From Escherichia coli (GTDB taxonomy: Bacteria; Pseudomonadota; Gammaproteobacteria; Enterobacterales; Enterobacteriaceae), in NCBI RefSeq assembly GCF_044324785.1, contig NZ_CP172127.1: 64,000 nucleotides of DNA; one strand, 5' to 3'. Shown piece by piece: positions 9,994-19,209 of the stretch (its first letter is position 1; each line of letters begins with the position of its first letter). Made by a program: the position numbers and the translations under genes. The notes beneath the pieces are model-generated. The model was given only the letters and a program-made list of their open reading frames with translations. It had not been told where the DNA came from and searched no databases.

Positions 9994-11234
9994 TGAAAAT
10001 AAAACAGGCTCTGTTCACCGCTGGCTACTCCTCATTCTATTTCGATGACCAGCAGGCGATAAAAAACGGAGCGGGTCATGACGGCTTTTTTTATACCGGG
10101 GAGCCAGTAACACAGGGGTTTAACGCCGTACGTCAGGCCGGGGAGTGCGTATCGGTACAGTTGATTCTGGAAAACGGCGCGGTCGCTGTAGGTGACTGTG
10201 CTGCCGTACAGTATTCCGGGGCAGGTGGTCGCGATCCACTGTTCCTCGCAGAGCACTTTATTCCGTTCCTCAACGACCATATTAAGCCATTACTGGTAGG
10301 CCGCGATGTAGATGCTTTCCTGCCGAATGCCCGTTTCTTCGACAAATTGCGTATTGACGGCAACTTGCTACATACCGCCGTACGCTACGGATTATCACAG
10401 GCGCTGCTTGATGCTACCGCGCTGGCAACCGGCCGTCTGAAAACTGAAGTGGTCTGTGATGAATGGCAGTTGCCACGCGTGGCGGAATCCATTCCATTAT
10501 TTGGTCAGAGCGGGGACGATCGATATATCGCCGTCGATAAGATGATCCTTAAGGGCATCGACGTGCTGCCCCATGCACTGATTAATAACGTCGAAGAGAA
10601 ACTGGGCTTTAAAGGTGAAAAACTGCGCGAATATGTCCGCTGGCTGTCGGATCGTATTCTGAGCAAGCGCACCAGCGCACGCTACCACCCTACCCTGCAC
10701 ATCGATGTATACGGCACTATCGGTCTGATCTTCGATATGGATCCGCTTCGCTGTGCGCAATACATCGCCAGCCTGGAAAAAGAAGCGCAAGGCCTGCCGC
10801 TCTACATTGAAGGGCCGGTCGATGCCGGTAACAAGACCGATCAAATTCGCCTGCTGACCGCGATTACCAAAGAGCTGACGCGCCTCGGTTCCGGCGTGAA
10901 AATTGTGGCCGATGAATGGTGTAACACCTACCAGGATATTGTTGATTTCACTGATGCCGCCAGTTGCCACATGGTGCAAATCAAAACCCCGGATCTGGGC
11001 AGTATTCACAACATCGTCGATGCAGTTCTTTATTGCAACAGCCACAGCATGGAAGCGTACCAGGGCGGCACCTGCAATGAAACTGATGTCAGTGCCCGCA
11101 CCTGTGTCCACGTCGCCCTTGCCGCTCGCCCCATGCGTATGCTGGTAAAGCCAGGGATGGGCTTTGACGAAGGCCTCGATATCGTCTTCAACGAAATGAA
11201 TCGTACTATCGCGCTGTTGCAGGCTAAGGATTAA
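9993..11234 (+). CDS. mal: 3-Methylaspartate ammonia-lyase (beta-methylaspartase)
   Basis: 413 aa enolase-superfamily-like ORF, 1-nt overlap with the glmE stop; size and context match methylaspartate ammonia-lyase. Confidence 0.88.
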   Translation: MKIKQALFTAGYSSFYFDDQQAIKNGAGHDGFFYTGEPVTQGFNAVRQAGECVSVQLILENGAVAVGDCAAVQYSGAGGRDPLFLAEHFIPFLNDHIKPLLVGRDVDAFLPNARFFDKLRIDGNLLHTAVRYGLSQALLDATALATGRLKTEVVCDEWQLPRVAESIPLFGQSGDDRYIAVDKMILKGIDVLPHALINNVEEKLGFKGEKLREYVRWLSDRILSKRTSARYHPTLHIDVYGTIGLIFDMDPLRCAQYIASLEKEAQGLPLYIEGPVDAGNKTDQIRLLTAITKELTRLGSGVKIVADEWCNTYQDIVDFTDAASCHMVQIKTPDLGSIHNIVDAVLYCNSHSMEAYQGGTCNETDVSARTCVHVALAARPMRMLVKPGMGFDEGLDIVFNEMNRTIALLQAKD

Positions 11235-11237
11235 CAA

Positions 11238-12608
11238 ATGGCTCGTTCTTTTAAAGTCTTATCGCCAACGGCAATCCTCGGGTATGGATTCCCGGAAGAG
11301 AGCTTCCGCAAAGCGATGGCAGAATCGCCCGATCTGATCGCCGTTGATGCAGGCTCTTCCGATCCAGGCCCCCACTACCTCGGGGCGGGCAAACCGTTTA
11401 CCGATCGCGCAGGGGTCAAGCGCGATCTGCGCTATATGATCACCGCAGGCGTTCAAAATAATATACCGGTGGTGATCGGAACGGCCGGCGGTTCTGGTGC
11501 CGCTCCACACCTGGAGTGGTGCCGAGAAATAATTCATGAGATTGCCCGGGAAGAGCACCTCTCGTTCTCGATGGCGCTGATCCCAGCAGACGTTGACAAA
11601 GCCATCGTCCACCAGGCGCTGGATAACGGCAAAATCACGGCGCTGGATTTTGTCCCGCCGTTAACCCACGACGCGATTGACGAAAGTACGTATATCGTCG
11701 CGCAAATGGGCATCGAACCCTTCCAGCGGGCGCTGAAAGAAGGCGCGCAAGTGGTGCTGGGCGGGCGCGCTTACGACCCGGCCTGCTTTGCTGCGCTACC
11801 GATCATGCAAGGCTTTGATGAAGGTCTGGCGCTGCATTGCGGGAAAATCCTTGAATGCGCGGCAATCGCCGCAACGCCCGGCTCAGGCTCTGACTGTGCG
11901 ATGGGCATCATTGATGACAACGGCTTTACGCTGAAGACATTTAATCCGAAGCGTAAATTTACCGAAACGTCAGCAGCTGCACACACACTGTATGAGAAAT
12001 CCGATCCCTACTTCCTGCCAGGACCTGGCGGCGTGTTGAACCTGAAAGGCTGCACATTTAAAGCGGTCAATGACGGCGAAGTGTACGTCAGCGGTTCTAA
12101 GCATGAAGAAACGCCGTATGCCCTGAAACTGGAAGGTGCGCGACGGGTGGGCTTCCGCTGTCTGACCATCGCCGGAACGCGCGACCCGATCATGATCGCC
12201 GGGATCGATAAAATCATCGATGAAGTCAAAACCAGCGTTTCGCGTAACCTGTCGCTCGACGATGACAGCATTCGCATCAATTTCCACCTGTACGGCAAAA
12301 ACGGGGTGATGGGCGACCATGAACCGATGCAAACTGCCGGGCATGAGCTGGGGATTGTCCTAGATGTAGTTGCACCGACCCAGGAAATTGCCAACAGCGT
12401 TTGCTCGCTGGTGCGCTCTACTATGCTGCACTACGGCTATGAAAACCGCATCGCTACCGCAGGCAACCTGGCGTTCCCGTTCTCCCCTTCTGATATCCAG
12501 GGCGGGCCAGTATACGAATTTTCCATATATCACCTGATTGAAGCCAACGACGCTCTGCGTTTTGATTTCCATATTGAACAGGTGACGCCAGAAGGAGTTC
12601 AGGCATGA
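11238..12608 (+). CDS. Uncharacterised protein, 456 aa (possibly AtuA/DUF1446-like)
   Basis: ORF 4 bp downstream of mal, same strand and GC content as the cluster; family assignment is from memory of architecture only. Confidence 0.7.
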   Translation: MARSFKVLSPTAILGYGFPEESFRKAMAESPDLIAVDAGSSDPGPHYLGAGKPFTDRAGVKRDLRYMITAGVQNNIPVVIGTAGGSGAAPHLEWCREIIHEIAREEHLSFSMALIPADVDKAIVHQALDNGKITALDFVPPLTHDAIDESTYIVAQMGIEPFQRALKEGAQVVLGGRAYDPACFAALPIMQGFDEGLALHCGKILECAAIAATPGSGSDCAMGIIDDNGFTLKTFNPKRKFTETSAAAHTLYEKSDPYFLPGPGGVLNLKGCTFKAVNDGEVYVSGSKHEETPYALKLEGARRVGFRCLTIAGTRDPIMIAGIDKIIDEVKTSVSRNLSLDDDSIRINFHLYGKNGVMGDHEPMQTAGHELGIVLDVVAPTQEIANSVCSLVRSTMLHYGYENRIATAGNLAFPFSPSDIQGGPVYEFSIYHLIEANDALRFDFHIEQVTPEGVQA

Positions 12609-12922
12609 AACAGTCAATTGTCTCACTGGCGCAAGTCATTCGTTCGAAAAATGCCGGACCTTACGAACTGGTTTTAGATATTTTATTTAAAACCAAAGAA
12701 AACTATGAGCGAGTTAAATCATCAGGGCAATTAACCCCAGAACTGATTGCGCGCTTATATCATGTTGAACCTGACTTTATTCACCGTATTGTCTGGTTTG
12801 ATCCTTCTAACGCAGTAAAAATCGTCATGCCACGAGATATTATCTCCGGGAATGTAGGTGACAATGATGTCTATGGTGCACAGCAACATGCACCTTTATT
12901 AAATATGAGTTTCGATTTGTAA
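12605..12922 (+). CDS. Uncharacterised small protein, 105 aa (possibly DUF4387-like partner)
   Basis: ORF overlapping the previous stop by 4 nt (translational coupling). Confidence 0.6.
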   Translation: MKQSIVSLAQVIRSKNAGPYELVLDILFKTKENYERVKSSGQLTPELIARLYHVEPDFIHRIVWFDPSNAVKIVMPRDIISGNVGDNDVYGAQQHAPLLNMSFDL

Positions 12923-13000
12923 AAATCCGAACATTTTTAGCCAACTGACATCCCGTCACTTATTGCAGTTCAACACTTCAGCTATTTGTAAGGTTGTAAT

Positions 13001-13040
13001 AGCAGGTAGATGCCTGAATCTCTATTCGGGCATCTACTTC
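13001..13040 (+). other. Stem-loop (GTAGATGCC...GGCATCTAC) between the enzyme genes and the symporter gene
   Basis: 9-bp perfect inverted repeat read directly, followed by a pyrimidine-rich stretch; possible internal terminator or attenuator. Confidence 0.3.
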
Positions 13041-13082
13041 TCCTGATTCTGATTTATCGCCGTGCACCTGATGGAGGAAAAA

Positions 13083-14363
13083 ATGAAGAAAATAAGTTTA
13101 ACCACGATGATTCTTTTGGCGCTGGTACTTGGAATGATTATCGGCGTAGTGCTCAATAACACTGCTTCACCGGAAACCGCAAAACTCTATGCGCAAGAAA
13201 TATCGATATTCACGACGATTTTCTTACGACTGATAAAAATGATTATCGCTCCGTTAGTGGTCTCTACCCTGGTGGTAGGTATAGCTAAAATGGGCGATGC
13301 CAAAGCCCTTGGTCGTATTTTTTCTAAAACACTCTTTTTATTTATTTGCGCCTCATTGCTGTCAATTGCCTTAGGCTTGATAACAGTAAATTTCTTCATG
13401 CCAGGCACAGGAATTAATTTTGTTGCACACGGAGCCGAAACCACCGGAGTGGTCGCGTCAGAACCCTTTACGCTAAAAGTATTTATTTCGCATGCTTTCC
13501 CCACCAGCATTGTCGATGCCATGGCGCACAATGAAATTTTGCAAATCGTGGTGTTCTCAATTTTCCTCGGCTGTAGCCTGACGGCGATTGGCGAGAAAGG
13601 CAGCGCCATCGTTCACGCCTTAGATTCGCTGGCACATGCCATGTTAAAGCTCACTGGCTACGTCATGCTCTTCGCTCCCCTGACCGTATTCGCTGCTATT
13701 TCAGCATTGATTGCTGAACGAGGACTGGCAGTTATGGTGAGCGCCGGGATCTTTATGGGTGAATTTTATTTCACCATGTTATTACTTTGGGTGCTGCTTA
13801 TCGGTCTGGCCATCGTTTATGTCGGCCCCTGCATCAGACGCCTGACCCGCGCCCTTTCGGAACCCGCCCTGCTGGCATTTACCACATCCAGTTCTGAAGC
13901 GGCTTTTCCGGGAACGCTTGAAAAACTGGAGCAATTTGGCGTTTCCCCCAAAATTGCCAGCTTTGTCTTACCCATTGGCTACTCATTTAATCTCGTTGGA
14001 TCAATGGCCTACTGCTCCTTCGCCACAGTTTTCATCGCCCAGGCCTGCAATATCCATTTATCCATCGGTGAGCAAATCACCATGCTGTTGATCCTGATGT
14101 TGACCTCGAAAGGAATGGCTGGCGTACCACGCGCCTCAATGGTGGTTATCGCCGCCACGCTCAACCAGTTCAATATTCCGGAAGCGGGGCTGATCTTGCT
14201 GATGGGCGTTGATCCGTTCCTTGATATGGGGCGTTCCGCGACAAACGTCATGAGCAACGCAATGGGCGCTGCGATGGTGAGTCGGTGGGAAGGCGAACAT
14301 TTCGGCGAGGGCTGTCGGGGTAAAGCATTAAAACCCAATGAATCGAACGTTGCTCTGCCCTGA
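13083..14363 (+). CDS. Dicarboxylate/amino acid:cation symporter (DAACS, GltP-like); likely glutamate uptake
   Basis: About 426 aa polytopic membrane protein; start placed at the ATG preceded by GGAGG (ORF track starts at 13062). Confidence 0.85.
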   Translation: MKKISLTTMILLALVLGMIIGVVLNNTASPETAKLYAQEISIFTTIFLRLIKMIIAPLVVSTLVVGIAKMGDAKALGRIFSKTLFLFICASLLSIALGLITVNFFMPGTGINFVAHGAETTGVVASEPFTLKVFISHAFPTSIVDAMAHNEILQIVVFSIFLGCSLTAIGEKGSAIVHALDSLAHAMLKLTGYVMLFAPLTVFAAISALIAERGLAVMVSAGIFMGEFYFTMLLLWVLLIGLAIVYVGPCIRRLTRALSEPALLAFTTSSSEAAFPGTLEKLEQFGVSPKIASFVLPIGYSFNLVGSMAYCSFATVFIAQACNIHLSIGEQITMLLILMLTSKGMAGVPRASMVVIAATLNQFNIPEAGLILLMGVDPFLDMGRSATNVMSNAMGAAMVSRWEGEHFGEGCRGKALKPNESNVALP

Positions 14364-14470
14364 GGGGGATCTTAAGCAATCAGAAGCCAATGACTACGCA
14401 TTTTTATAAGCCGGATCATGAAGTTAGACGGCAATTAAGTAACACTAACGTTTAAGGTGAAAAGTGAAAT

Positions 14471-16123
14471 ATGTCCAAACCATTTATCTGGCAAGAACCG
14501 TTTCTACAAAATAAAGACGGTACAGAATATACATTAATTAGCGATCAACATATTACAGTAACGGAATTAGACGGCGAAGAAGTGATAAAAATCGCTCCTG
14601 AAGCATTAACGCTGCTTGCCCGGCAGGCATTTTATGAAGCCTCTTTTTTCTTACGTTCCGCTCATTTGCAACAGGTCGCCAGCATTCTTAACGATCCGCA
14701 GGCCAGTAGTAATGATAAATACGTTGCGTTGCAGTTATTACGTAATGCTGAAGTCTCAGCAAAAGGGGTATTACCCAACTGTCAGGATACCGGCACCGCA
14801 ACTATTGTTGCCAGTAAAGGGCAACAGATATGGACCGGAGGTAACGACGCCGAAGCCTTAAGCAAAGGCATTTACACCACTTTTCAGGAAAATAATCTGC
14901 GCTTTTCACAAAATGCGCCACTGGATATGTATACCGAAGTCAATACGCAAACCAATCTACCGGCGCAGATTGATATCAGCGCCGTCGCTGGTGATGAGTA
15001 CCATTTTCTCTGTATTAATAAAGGGGGCGGCTCTGCCAATAAAGCCGCGCTTTATCAGGAAACAAAATCCCTATTGCAACCAGAAAAACTGACCGCATTT
15101 TTAATCGAAAAAATGAAATCGCTGGGCACCGCTGCCTGCCCGCCTTACCACATCGCCTTTGTCGTCGGAGGGCTTTCAGCCGATCAAACCTTAAAAGTTG
15201 CCAAGCTGGCCTCAACGAAATATTACGACAATTTGCCCACCAGCGGAAACGCGCAGGGACAAGCATTCCGTGATATTGAGTTGGAAAAAGCGTTGCTCAA
15301 CGCCAGTCAGCAATTTGGTATTGGTGCGCAATTTGGGGGTAAATATTTCGCTCATGATATTCGCGTCATTCGTCTGCCGCGTCACGGTGGCTCTTGCCCG
15401 ATAGCTATGGCGCTCTCCTGTTCTGCCGATCGCAATATCAAAGCAAAAATTAACAAGCACGGTATCTGGCTGGAAAAACTCGTACACAATCCGGGGCAAT
15501 ATATTCCAGCCTCACTGCGGGAAGAAAATCACCCGCAACATGTACAGCTGGATCTAAACCGTCCGTTGCGTGACGTGATGCAGGATCTCGCCAGATTACC
15601 GGTAGGCACCCGCGTGTCGTTAAATGGTCCCATCGTAGTGGCGCGCGATATCGCCCACGCCAAAATAAAAGCGCGGCTGGATAGCGGCGAACCGATGCCG
15701 GATTACCTGAAGCATCATATTGTCTATTACGCTGGCCCGGCGAAAACACCTGAGAACATGGCCTGCGGTTCACTGGGTCCAACCACGGGTGGACGAATGG
15801 ACGGTTATGTCGATACCTTCCAGGCGGTTGGCGGCAGTCTGGTGATGTTATCGAAAGGTAACCGCAGCCAGCAGGTCACCGATGCCTGTCACAAACATGG
15901 CGGCTTCAATCTGGGAAGTATTGGCGGTGCAGCAGCGTTACTGGCGCAAGAATATGTCAAAAGTCTGCGTTGCCTGGAATACCCGGAGCTGGGTATGGAA
16001 GCGGTGTGGATGATGGAAGTGGAAAATCTGCCCGCATTCATCCTGGTAGATGATAAAGGCAATAATTTCTTTAGTCAGTTTGAGCAGCAACACCGCTGCG
16101 CCAGTTGCCCTGCGGGACATTAA
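14471..16123 (+). CDS. Class I (Fe-S) fumarate hydratase paralogue; candidate mesaconase
   Basis: 550 aa ORF co-linear with the FumA/FumB family ([11 protein letters not shown]..., GSCP and CxxC motifs); located inside the methylaspartate cluster. Confidence 0.9.
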   Translation: MSKPFIWQEPFLQNKDGTEYTLISDQHITVTELDGEEVIKIAPEALTLLARQAFYEASFFLRSAHLQQVASILNDPQASSNDKYVALQLLRNAEVSAKGVLPNCQDTGTATIVASKGQQIWTGGNDAEALSKGIYTTFQENNLRFSQNAPLDMYTEVNTQTNLPAQIDISAVAGDEYHFLCINKGGGSANKAALYQETKSLLQPEKLTAFLIEKMKSLGTAACPPYHIAFVVGGLSADQTLKVAKLASTKYYDNLPTSGNAQGQAFRDIELEKALLNASQQFGIGAQFGGKYFAHDIRVIRLPRHGGSCPIAMALSCSADRNIKAKINKHGIWLEKLVHNPGQYIPASLREENHPQHVQLDLNRPLRDVMQDLARLPVGTRVSLNGPIVVARDIAHAKIKARLDSGEPMPDYLKHHIVYYAGPAKTPENMACGSLGPTTGGRMDGYVDTFQAVGGSLVMLSKGNRSQQVTDACHKHGGFNLGSIGGAAALLAQEYVKSLRCLEYPELGMEAVWMMEVENLPAFILVDDKGNNFFSQFEQQHRCASCPAGH

Positions 16124-16132
16124 GGAAAATGA

Positions 16133-16735
16133 ATGGAAGCGCGAATTTCAACTGAACGGCATGTGCAGCGCCAGCAGAAATTGAAGGAACAGGTCGATAC
16201 GCGCGTCGCGGCGGCGATAGAGAAAAAAGGGATCTTGATTGTTTTCACCGGCAACGGCAAAGGGAAATCCACTGCCGCGTTTGGTACTGTGACGCGCGCG
16301 GTGGGTCATGGCAAAACGGTGGGGGTTGCGCAGTACATCAAGGGGCAATGGGACAACGGCGAATACAACCTTCTCCAGCCGCTGGGGGTTGAGTTTCATA
16401 TTATGGGAACCGGTTTTACCTGGGAGACACAGAACCGGCAAGCGGATATCGACGCGGCGAAAGAGGTCTGGTCGGAAAGCAAACGGATGCTGGCTGACAA
16501 GCGTTACGACTTAGTGGTGCTTGATGAGCTGACCTATATGCTGGCTTACCATTATCTGGACACCGAAGAAGTGATCGCTTCTCTGCAAAACCGCCCGGCA
16601 CAACAAAGTGTCATTGTCACCGGACGCGGTTGCCACAGTCAGATATTAAAAATGGCGGATACGGTCAGCGAAATCCGCCCCGTCAAACATGCTTTTGATA
16701 ACGGCATTCAGGCGCAGCCGGGTATCGACTGGTAA
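16133..16735 (+). CDS. Corrinoid (cob(I)alamin) adenosyltransferase, BtuR/CobA family
   Basis: 200 aa ORF with P-loop VFTGNGKGKSTAAFG; strongly resembles BtuR; would supply adenosylcobalamin to glutamate mutase. Confidence 0.9.
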   Translation: MEARISTERHVQRQQKLKEQVDTRVAAAIEKKGILIVFTGNGKGKSTAAFGTVTRAVGHGKTVGVAQYIKGQWDNGEYNLLQPLGVEFHIMGTGFTWETQNRQADIDAAKEVWSESKRMLADKRYDLVVLDELTYMLAYHYLDTEEVIASLQNRPAQQSVIVTGRGCHSQILKMADTVSEIRPVKHAFDNGIQAQPGIDW

Positions 16736-16738
16736 TAA

Positions 16739-16765
16739 CTGCGCCTGGCATCCCGCCAGGCGCAG
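16739..16765. terminator. Bidirectional stem-loop between convergent adenosyltransferase and LysR genes
   Basis: CTGCGCCTGGCATCCCGCCAGGCGCAG palindrome read directly. Confidence 0.5.
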
Positions 16766-16768
16766 GTT

Positions 16769-17674
16769 TTACATCTCCTGCGGTACGACCGATTTCGCCA
16801 GCAACCATTCACGAAATTGCTGCAAGTGCGGCGAGTCAGACTTCTCTTCCTGCCACGTCATAATAAAACGATTACCGGTACGAATAGGCACATCACAGGG
16901 AATCACCATATCGCCACTATCCAAATCATGTTGAATAGCGAACCGTGGTAACAGCGCCACGCCGAGATTAGAGCGCACGGCGGCAATCAGCATTGAAAGC
17001 AAATCGAAACGTGGTCCGTTGTTGACCAGCGGACTGCTAACGCCAGATAAGGCAAACCACTCTTCCCAGCCAGTAATACGGGTACTTTGATGCAGAAGTG
17101 GTAACTCTGTAAGCAGTTCTGCCACTGACAGTTTTTGATCGGACATTGCAAGCAAACTGCCGCTGCATACCGGCAAAATCTCTTCTTCAAAGAGATATTC
17201 TACTTCCGCCCAGGGCGCGCAAAAATTTTCGCGCATAATGACAGCATCGTACTCCCGATTAAGAAAATCGCCGTTATTAGCTAAAGAGTGAATATTAACA
17301 ATAATATCGGGATGTAACTTTGTGAATTCATGTAAATTTGGGATTAACCAGTGGGTACTAAACGTAGGATTCACGGCAAGTTCAATAACCTGAACCGTAG
17401 GCTGCCAGGTCATAATGGTATTGGTATCGCGTTCCAGCTTATTTAATGTTTCTTTTACTATCCCCAGGTAATACTTCCCTGCATCATTAAGAAAAATACG
17501 TTTTTTAGAGTGTGAAAATAACGGAGTATGTAAAAATTCCTCCAGCGCACTCACTTGTCTGAATACTGCACTTTGGGTTAACGCTAACTCCTCTGCCGCT
17601 CTGGTATAACTTTCATGACGTGCGACGACCTCAAAAGTCACCAGCAGTTCCGTTTTAGGTATTTTCCCTCGCAT
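16769..17674 (-). CDS. LysR-family transcriptional regulator
   Basis: 301 aa ORF with N-terminal HTH (...YTRAAEELALTQSAVFRQVSALE...) and LTTR-type C-terminal domain. Confidence 0.9.
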   Translation of the reverse strand: MRGKIPKTELLVTFEVVARHESYTRAAEELALTQSAVFRQVSALEEFLHTPLFSHSKKRIFLNDAGKYYLGIVKETLNKLERDTNTIMTWQPTVQVIELAVNPTFSTHWLIPNLHEFTKLHPDIIVNIHSLANNGDFLNREYDAVIMRENFCAPWAEVEYLFEEEILPVCSGSLLAMSDQKLSVAELLTELPLLHQSTRITGWEEWFALSGVSSPLVNNGPRFDLLSMLIAAVRSNLGVALLPRFAIQHDLDSGDMVIPCDVPIRTGNRFIMTWQEEKSDSPHLQQFREWLLAKSVVPQEM

Positions 17675-17943
17675 AATGCCGTCCCTTAAAAATAGTTTAA
17701 ACCATCAAAAATACATTACTTATTACGAAGTAATGGTAACCAAAGCAGCAATAAATAATTTATAAGAATCATGATTGACATTTATAACCCAGTAAGCCTG
17801 GCGTGACAAATATCTTAATCAGATAATAATAATCCGAAAAGCACAGCGCCTTTCGAATTATCCGGAATCACATTAAGTGAAAATTATTAAATTGATATCA
17901 TTTATCATATCTGTGGATATTATGATAAACAATCAACAAAGAT

Positions 17944-18187
17944 TTTATTTTTGATTTATAGCATATCCCTCTAAGAATTTTTGCGATGCTGCAATATCCG
18001 GGGTAAAGACCCGATCCTGGCTGACAAATGGCACGACTTGACGATAAGCGGTGAACATCGCTTTTGTTGATTTACTTAACGCTACGGTCAAACGCTGGGA
18101 AGCCAGTGCATCAGGTAACGATTCGAAATTCGCCGTCGTTCTTATTCGTGGCTTGCGGTCGGTTGCGGCAATCCACAGTGGCTGTGG
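17944..18187 (-). pseudogene. Possible 3' gene remnant (about 80 codons open, no convincing start)
   Basis: Manual minus-strand translation: ...PLWIAATDRKPRIRTTANFESLPDALASQRLTVALSKSTKAMFTAYRQVVPFVSQDRVFTPDIAASQKFLEGYAINQK*; only an internal ATG; sits at the island/sucD boundary. Confidence 0.25.
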
Positions 18188-18236
18188 TCATGCAGTCAAG
18201 CCAGCGGTCAGATTTCGACCGTGGTTAACGTTTAAG

Positions 18237-18339
18237 GCATAAAAAAGGCCATCATACGATGGCCAACCATGTCGAAACCGACAGCCCTTCGCCATTCCTG
18301 TAGAGGGAAGCGGCGAGGGCTATTTCTTATTACAGATAT
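18237..18339 (-). ncRNA. sdhX: sucD 3'UTR-derived sRNA SdhX (RybD) with intrinsic terminator
   Basis: Directly after the sucD stop on the minus strand; ends in hairpin GGCCATCGTATGATGGCC plus T-tract (18241-18264); identity with SdhX is from memory of the K-12 3'UTR. Confidence 0.4.
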
Positions 18340-19209
18340 TTATTTCAGAACAGTTTTCAGTGCTTCACCGATATCCGCCAGGCTGCGAACGGTTTTCACG
18401 CCTGCGGCTTCCAGAGCAGCGAATTTCTCATCCGCAGTCCCTTTACCACCGGCAATGATGGCACCTGCGTGACCCATACGTTTGCCTTTCGGCGCAGTCA
18501 CACCAGCGATGTAACCCACAACTGGCTTGGTAACGTGCTCTTTGATGTACGCAGCCGCTTCTTCTTCAGCGCTACCGCCGATCTCACCGATCATCACGAT
18601 CGCTTCGGTCTGCGGATCTTTTTCGAACATTTCGAGGATGTCGATAAAGTTAGAGCCAGGGATCGGGTCGCCGCCGATACCAACACAGGTCGACTGACCG
18701 AAACCGTAATCCGTGGTCTGTTTAACCGCTTCATAGGTCAGTGTACCGGAACGGGAAACGATACCCACTTTACCCGGTTTGTGAATGTGACCAGGCTGGA
18801 TACCGATTTTGCATTCACCCGGAGTGATAACGCCTGGGCAGTTCGGGCCGATCATGCGAACGCCCGCTTCATCCAGTTTCACCTTCACGGTCAGCATATC
18901 CAGCGTCGGGATGCCTTCAGTGATGGTGATAATCAGTTTGATGCCTGCATCGATAGCTTCCAGAATGGAGTCTTTGCAGAACGGTGCTGGTACGTAGATA
19001 ACAGAAGCGGTAGCGCCAGTAGCAGCAACAGCTTCACGCACGGTGTTGAACACCGGCAGGCCGAGGTGGGTAGTACCGCCTTTACCTGGGGTTACGCCGC
19101 CAACCATTTTGGTGCCGTATGCAATGGCCTGTTCAGAGTGGAAAGTCCCCTGGCTACCGGTAAAGCCCTGGCAGATAACCTTGGTGTTTTTATCAATTAA
19201 AATGGACAT
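18340..19209 (-). CDS. sucD: Succinyl-CoA synthetase alpha subunit
   Basis: 289 aa ORF ([33 protein letters not shown]...). Confidence 0.97.

Noticed and set aside
18051-18242. 63 aa plus-strand ORF in the sucD-downstream boundary region
   Set aside because: Overlaps the SdhX/terminator region and the opposite-strand remnant frame; no RBS; more likely chance.
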